Shown: piece by piece, positions 50,035 to 63,539 of the stretch
Numbering within the stretch: the stretch's first letter is position 1
Layout: every line of letters starts with the position of its first letter
Source: Botryllus schlosseri
Taxonomy: Eukaryota
Direction of reading: 5' to 3'
Length of the DNA: 64,000 nucleotides
Assembly: GCA_051294905.1 (NCBI GenBank)
Contig: CM119372.1
Coordinates: 30,072,001 to 30,136,000, forward strand
Translations under genes and position numbers: made by a program
Notes under the pieces: generated by a model
Told to the model about the DNA's origin: nothing
The model's input: the letters and a program-made list of their open reading frames with translations, nothing else
Databases searched by the model: none

Positions 50035-53000
50035 TCACCAAGGATTTATATCAAAGCAGAAGCCGTGAACAAATTCCATTCTCATTGACATGTGCCTGTT
50101 CCATTCTTGTGGATAAATCCGAATGAATCGACAGGAAAGGACTTTCGGAAAGCGGTTGTAGACTTTAGTGTCCATGTCTGAGTTCCCCGTGTAAATCTGC
50201 GAATAAAGTCGAGATTTGTAAATAACCGAGAAATCACAACGTTAGCACCCCAAGTCTTTGTATGATAATTGGATATTATTAAGGTTCCAGCAGTGGTAAG
50301 GATGCATCGGAACGATCATTTTCGTACATAACATATCAAGGTACGTATAATTTGGTTCTCGAAAGCATTGGCTCTTACTGAATCACCAAGGTTGATGATC
50401 GATTTGAATTCAACTACCCGAATCGTTATGCCCAGCTCTTTGTTATGTTGTATATCAGTTGTTGTTGTTGTTGACTCGTAGCGCGGCCCACTTTCATTTA
50501 TCAGTCTTTCACTTTGCCCCAACGCTTATACCTTCGCTCTTGCAATATGTATATGTGTCCCAAGTTTCGCCCAGATTTTTTAACCAACCTGGATTTCGAA
50601 GGTTTTCCAATGTCAGGCTTGTGCGTTATCTGATGATAATTCCTAGCGGAGATTTGGAGCTGGAACCGGAGCAAAGGAGCCGTGTATTTTCAACGGATCC
50701 GGGGCTCAAAATAAAATTCTAATGAAGTCTGTTATTGTGTATGCCTGGGCGCATGCTCGTGTAATGCTGTAAGGATTTGCGAACGTAAATAGAGAAACGA
50801 ACGAAAGCAGCCCAGAGCGCCATTATGGTCCGCGAAAAATTTTCGCGATGCGAGCTAGTCAATTCGACGTCCGAACCCCATTGTGTTGAATATGAGAATG
50901 GGATTAGTGATTGGATGCGAGCTTTCCAGTATGTAATCATCTGTTTTGTGCATTTATCCGTGTCTGCTTGAAACAGTCGTATTCCTGAATTGTCACGCAA
51001 TGTCACTTGTTAGCGGTTAGTAATTCGCTACTGCATCGTGTAAAGCACGGCGTCAGCTGTCAAATGTTGAGGCAACACCATATATATATATAGAGAGAGA
51101 GTCATTCAACCAAAATACATAACACACGGCAGTGATGGTGGTACAGAAAATATGCTTGCACAGTATTCGGTATTAGATAGGAATGATCGATAAGACCGTG
51201 AAGGTCATCTAGTCTGATCACACCAGCATCAAACAGGTACACTTGACTTTAAACAGTCTGGCTGTAAAAAAGATGACAGTAGTTAAAAAAATACAATAGA
51301 AGAAAAATGAAACGATGGTAGCAAATGATCAATGAAGCAATGTCTGGGCGAGGTAGGGCAACAGCGTTAGTGTAACGACAAGAGGTGATCAAGTAGGGCT
51401 TTTTTGAATCTATTATAAGGCAATTCACGGATATGCGGTAGTAATGCATTCCAGATGATAGGTCCCGAGTAGTCGATAGATCTCTTAGTTAGGTTGCTAT
51501 TGGGTGGGGGTAAGTAGATATTTCCTTTAGACGAGGATCTCGTGTAGTGGGAGTGGACATTTTTAGCAGGCATGAAAAAGTCATCAAACACAGGAGGCAA
51601 ACTATTGGAAAAATATTTGTGAATGACTTTTGATACTTCGAAGCGATATAGTTTGTCAACTTGCAAAATTCGGTGCTTACGGTAGTAAGGCGATAGTTTG
51701 GTACGTAAAGGTACAGATCAGCCGTATCGCACGGTTTTGCAGGGTTCAAATTCTGCACAAAAATGTTGTGCATGCACTTCCGCATACTACGATTCCATAT
51801 TGTAGGTGAGAGTGGCACTAATCAGTGACACTAATTCTGAATTTATTCGGTTCTTTTGAAGGAAATCCTTCAGTATTCCAGTAAACTGGATCGAAAGTGG
51901 GCGGACTGGTAACTAGCGCATCATTATCTAATTTCAACCCATTGGGTATTTGGTAGAAAGCCAATTTCTGCTGATGAGATCGCGACATTCGCTCAAGTTG
52001 CGCTTGCTGCAGTTGCGCTTGTCGTAGAGTAATGTGAGCAGTGGTGCCACTCCTAGTGTTTTTACTCTAGATCTAGTGTATTTGACTTGACCTAGTGTAT
52101 TTTTTTCTCGGAATCCGGCAAATCTAGTGTTTTTTGCCTCAAAAAATTATTTTTATACGAGGATGTTATTTTCATCTGCTTCATATAATTTAAACTTGAA
52201 GAGACAGCAATTAATATTCGTTTGCACTTGCTCATTTGGCACGAGCACCAACCCAATAGGTGAATAGGGCAATGGGTAATCTTAGCGCTGGCGGCCACAT
52301 CTCAAAATTCAATATAACCGGTATTACTCGAAAGCTATTGTTATACTGATTACGAATATACAATTTATCTGGCGACACAATTGGCTCGAGGAGTCAATCG
52401 CGCACTGTTAAGGAGATTTGCAATCGTCTAAAATAAAGGGAATTTTCATATTTGAGGTCGTTTTTAGAGGGTTTCCAGAGCCCGGAACCATATACAAATT
52501 GTATATTCGTAATCAGTACAACAATAGCTTTCGGATAATACCGGTTATATGGAATTTTGATTTGTGGCCGCCAGCGCTAAGATAAACGGACAATGCCTTG
52601 CTTTTCGCTCATTTCTATCAGTATAGTAGTCAAGCAGACTGCTTAATATCCGGAATAATCCAGGACTGGCAGTGTATAAACCTGATCGTAATACGGATGA
52701 AGTTTATATGACAAAGACTGAAATAGACGCGGCCAGCCGTCATGCTTGCCGCAGTTTTTATCCTAGCCTGAGACCTGGTTCCAAGTCCCAGAAGTCGAAA
52801 CTCTATTAATCAGTCGAAGCGAATAGGATAGGCTACTTTGCCCCAATTGACTGGACCCAAAATTGAATAGTTGGTGTAGCCTATGTAAGCTATAGCCCGG
52901 CGATATACACTCAGTTATATATCCTTGGTCGAATGCTTTGCAAGAATGTAAAATTTTGGGGCCACATTATTTGAAAAATGACGTTGCGTCATAAAGACGA

Positions 53001-56000
53001 AGTCTAAATTTGCAGGGGCATTCTTACCTACAGTGATTAGGCTATACTGTGTTTCAATTCATTACAGGGTTCCTATGTAGATAGCTTACTTTGAGACTTT
53101 GACCGTGGCAAACCCGAAAAATTACAGTGTATGATGTTCCAACGACTTTCATATCCCTCACGCCTTTTTACTTTTGAGCTGAAGCAAAATTTGTAATGGG
53201 GAATTAAAATCCCTGGCAATAATGTCAGATGTCGGAAGATTGCAGAAAGCGTGATGATTTTGGTATTTGCTGAGTATTCTCATTATGCTATTGTTGTTAA
53301 TCAGTTCATTTTCTGTATTGTTCATGATTTACTCAATCGTTTTGGCCTGAATTTCAAAACCAGTGTATTTTTTGTCGATATAGCGTTATTCAATTGGCAA
53401 ATCTAGTGTTTTCCACGAACGTCGAGTGGCAACACTGAATGTGAGTTCTGATGCGACTATGGACAGGACTTTGCATACCCATTACCCATACAGTCCCTGT
53501 GTGTTCATAGCTGCAACGGTCGTTATTGATTACTGATAGAACCATTCGATATCAATTACCGAGCCGGAGCCGGAGCTGAAGCCGGAGCAGCGGGGGTGTC
53601 AATTAGCTCCGGAGCTGGAGCCGGAGCTAATTCATGTTAGAAGAGACCTCTGGAGCTGAAGCAGATTAAAATTAACGCCAGCTTCAAAGCCCTGCTTCCT
53701 AGGGAATATCGAATAATTGAATCTCGTCCGAAAATGTGTGAGCTCTGGCAATTAGCTGTCGTATTATAATATCAATGACATATGTCATCAAATCAAGTCT
53801 CAATATAGCCCTGGGACTTTCCATAAACGTAGTTTTTAATAGTGATATCATATCACGACTCACGAGTTATATCGACTTGGCATGTTTTGCATTCGACAAG
53901 CCTCGATAAACTCACCTAACCTTGGTGAAAAACACATACATATATCTGCATATTCATTTGAGTAAACTCGAAAATCTCGTACACGCCATTAGTATGTGTT
54001 TGCTAGCTCGGGAGCAGATAAGCCTTACAAATCCCATCCATAATCTCGGATTAGTAAAGAAAATACATGAATATCCGCATATTCATTCAAGTACATTTGT
54101 AAACCTCTTTCGCATCAGCAAAAATGCGTCGACGTTATAGCAATCTTTTTTAGAATTTAGAATGACTGACACCGTTATCGATATAGCAGGGGATCTCAAC
54201 TTCCCTTGTATAACGGGTCGCATTTTAACAGCAAAAGACTCTGCAGGCCGCAAAACATTATTACCATGTATTTGTGGGCTACTATTAAATTTAGGCTACT
54301 GTAGCCTATTTACCAGTCGTATACGAGCATTTAGTACATTTTTATGCATTCTAAAGCAATGATGGTTTGTAGATGCTGTAGTTTTATTGAAATCACAACT
54401 TCTCTAGGAGATTTCTAGGGTTTAACGATATTCCTAGCAATTTTGAACGATTCGTCTGTAACGTCGTCGGCAATTTTAACAATGCCTCGAAATATGGATT
54501 GTCGGGCTTGACATCTAGCTATTAGCTAGCAACATTTTCTAAGATCGGGCGATATGTATAACTCCAGAAGAAACTGTCGTGGTATCATTATAATATTCTA
54601 CACTTCGTTACGACAACTCTTCTTCGACAAATATGACACATCGGTTTGCCATTGGTATCTGAGAAAGCAAATTAGTTGTTCCACGCAGAGTTGCAGACCC
54701 AGTTTTCGCCGTGTAATTCTCCGTTCCTTTTCTTGTTTCTGTTCAAACCATTCGCGGTGAGTGAAACACTCTTTAAGGGTGTACTACGAAGCGGGATTCT
54801 CCAGAGTCCAGCCGAATACCGACTCAAAGCAATAACAATCTAACTCGAGCATATATCAAGAAACCAGAACGCATCAAAGAATGAGTCATCGTAACGGAAC
54901 AAAGACGGTGCGATAAGAAAGCTGAGAAACTAAATTAATGTGTAACAATACCGTGCCAGTAGTAATTGCGTTCGTTATGAAAGATGACGCGGGCCACAAA
55001 ATGAACGTCTGCGGGCCGCGGGTCGAGAACGCCTGCCATATAGCAATACAACGCCCCAGACGACATTGCATGCTGAACATCGATTATTTCTCTGGAGATA
55101 TTTCGAATCTTCTGGTGAAATGTATTTGTGCAGCACAAAGTAAATAAATTCGTGGATGTTTCAGCTATATTTGTTACAGCTTTCTGAATGTAGCATTTGA
55201 TTAGGAATCATTAGGCCTATACTCGAGCAAATTAAATGAAGACGGTTAAGAAGCTTTTCGCATAGATAAGCTTTATTCCTTTCATGTAAATTTGAAATGG
55301 ATAATACTTACCTTGTCAGAAGCGCCTTCTTTCACAAACTGAAGCGTTTTCCGGTCGGTACCGCACGACACCTTGTATTTTCGGACCCACTGACCGTAAC
55401 GCTGTGGACGTCCTTGCGTGATCACTCCGGCCACGTCTTTCACGGTCCCGAAGTCAACATCTATCCATTGGCCGACTTCGTCTGTTAAGGGCGAAAGAGT
55501 AGGTTTTCAGTAACTTCTTGGTAACAACGTTTACACAAATATATCTTAGGGAAAATTATCTGAGAGTAGATGTGATATAAGTCTACAGTACCAGAGGTAT
55601 CTAGAATCACTTGTAATTTTACGTGGATGATCGTGATCGATTTAATAGGCGTCGCGGGTGAAAACATTCGGTAGGTCTTATATTTCCACTTACGTGAGTA
55701 TCATACCAGGGGCATGCTCCTTAGCGACTTAACTCTTTGGTGTTATACAAATGGGAATACTGAGTAGTGTGCCGTTTATATGCTTCGTGTAGACATATTG
55801 GTAGGGTTATTATGGACTACTCGTCACCGAACGATATGATAGCTACTTCAATTTCAGCTTACTTCTCCTCGTTTCTTAGGTTTATAAAGGAAGGCTGTGT
55901 GGTAAATGCAAATACATAAAATACCAAATGCACTAAATGACAGGTGGGTATATATTTACTTTTTTTTGAAGACCATTGGCCCCTACTTCCTTCGGAAATC

Positions 56001-56716
56001 TTATTGTCCAGACGTGCTCTGTACGACTCATGCGCGCTACCCCAAAATGTCGACGCTGTCACGGCAGAATTGGGAATCAGTCCCGACTTCATCCCCATGT
56101 AGCACACTGGAATAAACGATCAGCTTATTCGCAGAAGTTTGCATTGCGAAATGGTAGTACTCACGTTCGAACTTTGCGATGAGACTTTGCAAACCTTTGC
56201 AAAAAGAGAAATGTGTGGAGGATCAGTCGATAATTGTACAAACACAAATAAATGAATAAAAAAAATGAATATGATGATGATGATGGTAATCCTTTAACTT
56301 TCCCATGACCTCATATCCGGTCTTACATGTCACGCGCAATGTGTATAATGACAATATGATGACATTTTCAATTATGTAATCCAAGCCAACAATGCGAATA
56401 TTTGAGTAATGTTGGAATTTTACTGTTTAACATCTGGGACTGGTGAATTATGTGACCGCCTGAATAAAGCAGTCACCATACCACAAATAGTGTTAACAGA
56501 TGTAATTTAAATAAATGGGTAAAACAGAAGCCCCACATATGAGATAAAAACTTCATAGTTTATGTGAAGATCTGACTAAAGCGCATCAGTTTCATAACAC
56601 TCACTTTTATTGATCACCTCCTGCGTCAATGTCGCGAGCACATCTTCAATTCCGCTCTCATTGGCTCTTGCAAATGCGCACATCACAGTTACGAAAAATA
56701 GGGTTTTCAGATTCAT
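50035..56716 (-). CDS. Secreted single F5/8 type C (discoidin) domain protein, paralog B, 206 aa, 5 exons
   Basis: Exons 56716-56605, 56194-56165, 56106-55960, 55481-55312 and 50196-50035 have the same lengths (112/30/147/170/162 nt) and phases as paralog A. Signal peptide MNLKTLFFVTVMCAFARA, same discoidin motifs, no stops or frameshifts. Confidence 0.92.
51084..51670 (-). mobile_element. 5'-truncated LINE (CR1/L2 group): ORF2 C-terminus plus 3' UTR
   Basis: 51367-51666 reads VDKLYRFEVSKVIHKYFSNSLPPVFDDFF...VHSHYTRSS...RSIDYSGPIIWNALLPHIRELPYNRFKKALLDHLL, a typical CR1/L2-group ORF2 tail. It ends in a simple-repeat tail near 51084-51105. Confidence 0.8.
52039..53437. mobile_element. hAT-type MITE nested in 50647-53694
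   Basis: CAGTGGTGCCACTC / GAGTGGCAACACTG, perfect TSD AATGTGAG, and CTAGTGT subterminal repeats. Confidence 0.9.
52266..52599. mobile_element. Small element with ~100-bp TIRs nested in 52039-53437
   Basis: ATCTTAGCGCTGGCGGCCACA...CTGATTACGAATATACAATTT and its reverse complement at ~52496-52584. Confidence 0.75.
54187..55035. mobile_element. Internally deleted copy of the 34842-36838 family
   Basis: CAGGGGATCTCAAC / GTCGAGAACGCCTG with TSD CGATATAG/CCATATAG. The body matches both ends of 34842-36838. Confidence 0.85.
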
Positions 56717-57193
56717 CTTGTCACTGAGCCATCAATTCAATGCGAGTTGAAATGTTATCGCTCTTTCTTATATAGATTTTGCAGCGGTAACTCGTCGCGG
56801 GAAGAAGTTCCTAAAAGAAAGGATGACTCAGATGTACATCAGTCTAAAAACGTGTATATGCTAATATCATTATATATACAAAGGATAAATTGTGAATGTA
56901 TAAGTTATCTGCACGCGCACATGTATCTTAACCTTCTACGATATACCCGAAATAACATCACATTTGTGATAGGTCAGTTACGAATGTCTTCCCAGGATAT
57001 TTAGGAGATTCTATCCCTGACCAGCACGCGTTACCTTGTTAAAAAGTCAAAGATTCACATCCAGTCACTGGTTGGTTAGTTGGGAATTACGTCAGTCAAC
57101 AATATCCTAAGGCCTGATTGCACACAAGAACGTCACTGAGTACAGTACAGTACAGTACAGGTGTTTGAAACTATATTAATATTATATCGTAAT

Positions 57194-59198
57194 CAGACAT
57201 GGGGTAATCGCGATTAGTAATCGTAATCGATTACGACGATTACAGCATTTTCAAGTAATCGTAATCGCAATCGATTACATTCGAGAAAACTCCGAAGTAA
57301 TCGTAATCGTAATCCACTACTTCCCATATTTAATCGATTTCTTTGTGAAAGAACGATTACTTTTTATTGTACAGGACTATAACATAAACTGAACATTCGT
57401 GAACAAGGAAGAGGTATTATACCTGTTAGTGATAGCACAAACGTCTGATTTTCAAATGCCGCTGCTCATTATTACGTCAGAAGTGGCCTACTAGCTTTGC
57501 TCGTCATTGCGTAAGAAGCATCCAGCTATCCACATATATTGAATAGATATTCGATGTACATTAGTGTGATTGTAAGAACACTCACCGTGCAAGGTTATCA
57601 ATATATTCCAGACGCCACTACCTCGCAGCAGGATAATTAATCACCACTCTGCCTAGTTTAAAATAGTAACTTTTGCATTGATGTTTGGTTATGCTTAGTT
57701 AAACGCAGTTTGACCGTTGCTGCTTGGCGAGCAGTAGGCCTATGTAGTACGAACGTACACCGGACAAAGGTTTGAAATTTTGTAGGCTACTCGTCAAATA
57801 AAACATTACGGTTTCCACGACGAAACATTAAAAATCAACAGCTACTGATAGATATCATAACCGAGCCGTTCCTCGTAATGGCCGCTTGCATTACATTATC
57901 TGTATTAAGTTGAAGGCAGAATTTTATGTTCACTTTCTCTTATTCTCATATGATTCTACTTGAAACGGGCGCCAATCGTTATTTCACAATTCTTTACTCA
58001 ACATTTGAACCTGCCGCCATCGGCTTATACACAATGTTTGCGTGGCTCGTAGCTAGAATCATGACAAAAACAGAAAATCGTCCCTCACTCTAAACGTTTG
58101 TTTTGGGCCCCCATAGGGTAGTAAATTTTCATGTAGAAGATTTAATTTCGTCAATAATATTGGTAATTGCATTATATTACTATTCATTTTTAATCCTCGC
58201 TCAGCCCCCCGATGGTCAGATTTACCTGAAGAGCTGGGGGCACGTATTTCATAATTATAACAACTGGTATCTTGTAATAATTACTTTAGGGTATGTTGTT
58301 AATTCGTGACCTCCGGTCTGTTATATTATGAAAAGATATTGTTGTGGCCTAAACGTAGCAGACTAAAAAAAATACTTGCGTGAGACGCACACACAAATTG
58401 CCATGTCCTTAATGCTCTGTGGGTGCCAGGGTAGCATTTGCATTGTGGGCTCAGATTGGAAGGACCGGGCTATTAGTCACGCCAACCCAGCGCGGTTATT
58501 GACAATGGACACATACCCCAAGTTTTGGCCAATGTCTTTCATTAGTAGCACACTTATTCGTGGATTCGCATGTTGGCCGAAACTGCATATGGCTTTTGGT
58601 GTCTCGTGGCGCGGTATTGACTGGCACCTAAATGCCGGTTACCATAAATTATGCATGCTTTTTTTCTTGAGGAGGAGACATGTATTTCGAAATCAAGCTA
58701 TCTAGAGACATATAAATCGCGATGCTCGTAGACAATTTTCAAGTTCATGAAATCTCTCGAAAATAGTCTATAATTTGTGTTGGTTTACGAAATACTTTTG
58801 AGTCCCCTTCGACCTCGCTCCCCACCCTATTAGGAAATTTGGGGTGCGGCAGATGTGGTCCTGGCGAGAATGCAAATCATTGGGTGCGATAAATCGTCCT
58901 CTATAAAATGGGCACGGGTACTTTATGATGTAACAAGCAAATGTCGCATCATTTTTAAAGAAAGTTGTTTTCTCATTTGGCATTTTCAGTGCAATTCATA
59001 TATTGTCTTCCAATACAACTCCTAAAATGCAAAGTAAATGTAATCGTGAGTAATCGTGATTACTTTTCCAATGTAATCGTAATCGTAATCGACTACTTCC
59101 TGATTTTGCTGTAATCGTAATCGTAATCGTAATCGCGTCATTCAGAAGTAATCGTAATCGCAATCGATTACATTCACGAAGTAATCACCCCATGTCTG
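57194..59198. mobile_element. hAT-type MITE with (GTAATC)n subterminal arrays
   Basis: CAGACATGGGGT / ACCCCATGTCTG with perfect TSD ATCGTAAT. It contains a CAGGACC-family copy (~58100-58863). Confidence 0.88.
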
Positions 59199-59518
59199 AT
59201 CGTAATCATATTTATAATTGTAATCAACGCTAAAGACGCGCAATGTAGGCTGCAATGCGATATAGAAGACGAATCTTACATCTACCTTGGCCTGCTGGTA
59301 ACTAGGTAATACAGTAGGCTATTAACGCCCGACAAAACAGCATTATTGCTGTCCTTAATGATTGCAGCCTTCTTTCTTTTTAACACTTCTTGGCTTTCTC
59401 TTTCGTGGTGTTCATTCTTCGCTGGTGGTTGGTGGATCAAAAAGGGTTAATGCCAATGTAGTGGCCGAGGCGAGCTCGAGACACATCAATTACATTTTGA
59501 TTAAAATGAAATTGCATT

Positions 59519-59522
<4 letters not shown>

Positions 59523-59562
<40 letters not shown>
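59523..59562. repeat. (CA)n microsatellite
   Basis: About 20 perfect CA units. Confidence 0.98.
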
Positions 59563-59563
<1 letters not shown>

Positions 59564-59565
<2 letters not shown>

Positions 59566-59745
59566 CTCCTCATCGCGATATCATCCGTGTAAGCGGTGTC
59601 TTTTAAGAGCCTAGAAGTGGACCGTGCCGGCGGCAGCTAAGAAATAAAAATGAAACAAAATGACCTGGTGTAAATGACCAATTGACCATAGTAGTCGACA
59701 AACACCATAAATATCACAACCAACAAACACACACACACACAAATA
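59564..59745 (+). mobile_element. SINE 3' half, same family
   Basis: GGCTCCTCATCGC...AAGCGGTGTCTT...CATAGTAGTCGACAAACACCAT, preceded by (CA)n at 59523-59562. Confidence 0.8.
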
Positions 59746-62700
59746 CAACAGGGCCCTTGTCTAAACTTTAGTTTTTTTATTTTTCAGCCACGGCCACTTT
59801 TATACGAAAAGTACATCTGAATTTATTATATTTGTTTTATTGCTGTGCATGCGCACGCGCAGTTTCGTGCACGATATAGAATAGTCGAAATTTATGCTAC
59901 ACTTGTATTTACGAAATATTTGAACTTAGTAAAATGACTCAAAGGCGTCCGCCATCAACGCAACGCGGACGGAATCACAATAAACAAAAACTGACTTTCG
60001 TTCATTCTTTTAATGCTATCTATAAACAGGTCATCTTGCGTCATGACCGGATTCTCAAAATTAAAAATGTTGTATATTTGAAATGTGTCATTATGATAAT
60101 TATGTTAATTGATCTGAGATCGCCGGTGCATCAGAAATGCGTTGAGGATAATTCCTTGCACTTGGATCGCAAATCACTGCGTTTCCCTGGTCTGAGTAAC
60201 AAGAGCCAAACTACCGGAAAACTTTTCTGCGGACCGACCCAGTGTGTCATGGAAAAGATTCGGTAACATTAAAGGGGCACTGCGCTTTAAATATCACGTG
60301 GTCTTTAATTGATGATGAGAACGTGAAAAAATTTCTGTCATTATTTGAAAGCCACCGTATGCGAACTGCAGAGTGAAGCATTTTACAAAATGTAACGTTG
60401 TATTTCATCTACAGCTACATACACATATCTGTGGTATCGACGTCGCTCTTCTAGGTTTCTAAACTATTTGCGGAATTTATGGCACAGAATTTTTCATGTT
60501 GGACTTAATCGACGCCGCCTCCGTTTCAGTCCCATTTCGTTGTAGTAATTACGTCGAAAATGTGATTTAACCTGACCATACCTCTAAAAACGAAAACGAA
60601 ACAAGCTCAGCCGGCGTTAGTTCATCTGTCATTATATGCTTACTGTACGTCAAAAACAATCAATGAATTCATGTCATCATCAACAAGAATTTTACCCAGT
60701 GGTTCCGGATAAACCGATAAAACCTACGTAATGGAGCTGCTGAAGTGGCGACTGCGTCGGGGATCCATATCGCATACTCCCGCTATTTCTACTTGCTATA
60801 GTCCAAGTGAGCGTATCGATCATGCTTCAAATGATTAGTCCAGAATGGCAAAATTGCGAGGTTTTATAATCAACACTGATTGTTTTTGTTTGAATCAATA
60901 ATTATAATCAAACATGTTTGAAGCTGGTGTGCTCTAAAACGCGATTTATTTTCAACCCCACCCAACCCTAAGCACGGAAATGTGATTGTTCCAATCATGT
61001 GGATATACAGTTGGATATATCGACGCTCGTGTAGTGGAAAACCATTGTTCATATCGGAGTTTCCCGAATTGATCAAGACGCAAATTTTTTTACTCCAATA
61101 ACTTCGCTTCCACGGGTTTGAATCGAGCCCATTTTTTTATGCACCGTTTTTTAGGAAACATAACAATTTCATGGGGTACCCAGTCAAATCCGAAAAAAAA
61201 GATTTTCTATTTCAATAACTTGTCTTTTACGGATTGAAATTAAGCCAAATTTAATGTGCAGCATTAATATGCGACATGAAACTATCTTTACGCACCCAGC
61301 AAAATATGAAAATGGCGATTTTTTATATGTAAGTTATCGGTATAATCGGCGGTCATACTATTTTGGCCATGCCTCGTACGTCGAAAATTAGACTCGACTT
61401 GTCTCCCGCCACCTTGAAAAATCATGTGACTCGACTTGACTCGAGTAAAATGTGCAAACACTCGATATGACTTGGCGATTCAAAGATGTAATGACATGTT
61501 CCAAACACCATAACCCGGTATTAGGAGGAATCGAGTAATGACTTACCTCGAGTCAGACTCGAGTCAACTTTTTCACATGACTTGACCTGTATATTGACCC
61601 GGTCTTTCAGAAATGTGGATTGACTTGTGCCTCGACGCGACAAATTTACGCCACGAATGTAGATGCCACTCATCACCATAAAACTGACATGAATCTGCCA
61701 CAGCGTGGAAAACTAGACCAAGCATGTAGAATTGTAGATTGTATAAGTAACTGAACTGAATCATTTTATTATTCACCATCAGAATAACGTAATAAACCAC
61801 GCAAAATCCTCAGAAATCAGTATAATTCGAAACCATACGAAGTTCATTTTGGTTTTGTGCTATATTTATTTTACAACTGTCACGATGATGCAGCGAGAGA
61901 TAAAAAGGTAAGCTTCCGAATTATCAAGTAGCGCATACGCATACAGAGTGCGATGTAGACCGAATGTTCGCACTCGCTCGCTTGCAGAATCCTTATTGCA
62001 GTAATTCTTTCAAGATATTATCCTTTTATTAAAAAGCAAATCACGAGATATCTATCACGAGATATCTATTATAGAGTAGGCTAATTTGTTCCGGGAAATC
62101 TGAAGTGAACTATGTGGACATGGATATGAATTTGGAACTGGGATATTTAGATATCCCTGATTTGGAATAACACGGAGATTTGAAGACTTTGATCGGATTG
62201 GTCGGAGTGAGATTTACCACGTTGTAAATCTGGTTTGGATTGGAGCCTGGAATATTTTATCATTTTCCATTTTTATTCGATGGTCGAATACCAGTATATA
62301 GACGCCAGACACTACCATGTTTGGAATTGGATGTGGGCAGTGAACATGATGCGATGGAAATTTTGGATTATATTTTAACGTCAAATCTGGGATGGAATTT
62401 GGATTTTAAAATAATAAATCCGCTTATCTATGTGTGGTCTATGTGCACAGTTCTTAACTTCTTACGGGGGTCATGGAATTCGTGGATTGCTGTCATTTAT
62501 TGCTCCGAGTAATTTATTATTTATGTAGACCTATATAATAATCCTGATTGATATTTGAAATGATTCAGTTACTCACTACATACCTTACACGTGGCGCACC
62601 AGGCCGTTGGCAGTAATATTCACCACTTCTTTTTATTCATCTATTTATAATATTATAATTATTATTAATAATATAATAATACTATCAACTCTCACGGACT

Positions 62701-62838
62701 GTCTCAAAGTGCATTGAAAGACAACACTTAACACTGTAATCATGTCGCTATCCACCTAAAAGCCCTACGGTTCCATAAGAGAATACACTATATCGGTGCA
62801 CTTTTCTTTATTACCGAAATGCACTATCGGTTTGCAGA

Positions 62839-63000
62839 TTACCACGGGTTCCTGTCAAAGCAGTGCCCATGCACGAATTCAAGCCTCATAGATATGTGAT
62901 TGTTCCACGACAGAGGATAAATCCGAATGTATCGACATGACAGTACCGTTGGAAAGCGATTGTAGACTTTCGTCTCCTTGTCAGAATTCCCTGTGTAGAT
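62839..63000 (-). CDS. Terminal exon of discoidin paralog C (upstream exons not found in the window)
   Basis: 162-nt exon IYTGNSDKETKVYNRFPTVLSCRYIRIYPLSWNNHISMRLEFVHGHCFDRNPW* after a ttctcag acceptor. It is homologous to the last exons of A and B. AATAAA on the minus strand at 62807-62812. Confidence 0.88.
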   Translation of the reverse strand: MYTGNSDKETKVYNRFPTVLSCRYIRIYPLSWNNHISMRLEFVHGHCFDRNPW

Positions 63001-63539
63001 CTGAGAATAAAAAATAAAATTACCAATAGCATTCATTTCTAGACTAGTGTTTGTCAAATTTGTTAGAATAGTGGAACCATTCCGTATTTATCGAAAAATA
63101 GGCACACTCGAGTAGGCCTACTTGCGCATTGCCATTGTAAATAAGTGTATTTCGGCCTATACAAAAACACAGTTTCATCAATAATGTAATGCGAATCGGG
63201 CTGTTTCGCACGTCACAATTATAATAGTGTATGAATATCTCCCATCAATATTCGATTTTGAATGTGTTTCAACATAAGAGCGAAAAATCCTTGCTGGAAA
63301 AAGTATATCCAATCGGCTACATGTTGGGTACATAAAAGCGAGGATTGAAATCGCAATTACGTACTACAATTTGGAGATCCAAAATAGTTTTCTTCAATTT
63401 TACAGCCAGGTTCGGATGGCGAAACAACTATTTTTAATAACTGAATGAGGACTGGCTGTATTTATGAAGATTGATGTATCAAAAGATATATATAGTTGTT
63501 TGTTGTTTTATTAACGCTTATAATTGGCGCTTGCAACAT

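Larger units (their letters stand above)
50647..53694. mobile_element. Same MITE family, copy 2 (reverse), hosting a LINE fragment and nested MITEs
   Basis: GGAGCCGGAGC arrays at both ends. TSD ATTCCTAG/CTTCCTAG. Collinear with 39581-40805 once the inserts are removed. Confidence 0.75.

Noticed and set aside
56760..56835. Shared TATA plus AP-1 (TGACTCA) promoter module in paralogs A and B
   Set aside because: The order and spacing differ from the motifs at 29115-29138, and such short motifs are expected by chance in AT-rich DNA.
59040..59190. CRISPR-like or regularly spaced repeats (GTAATC; also GACTCGAG, GGAGCC and AAGTAG arrays elsewhere)
   Set aside because: These are short, irregular motifs at MITE ends with no unique spacers or cas genes, in a eukaryotic context.
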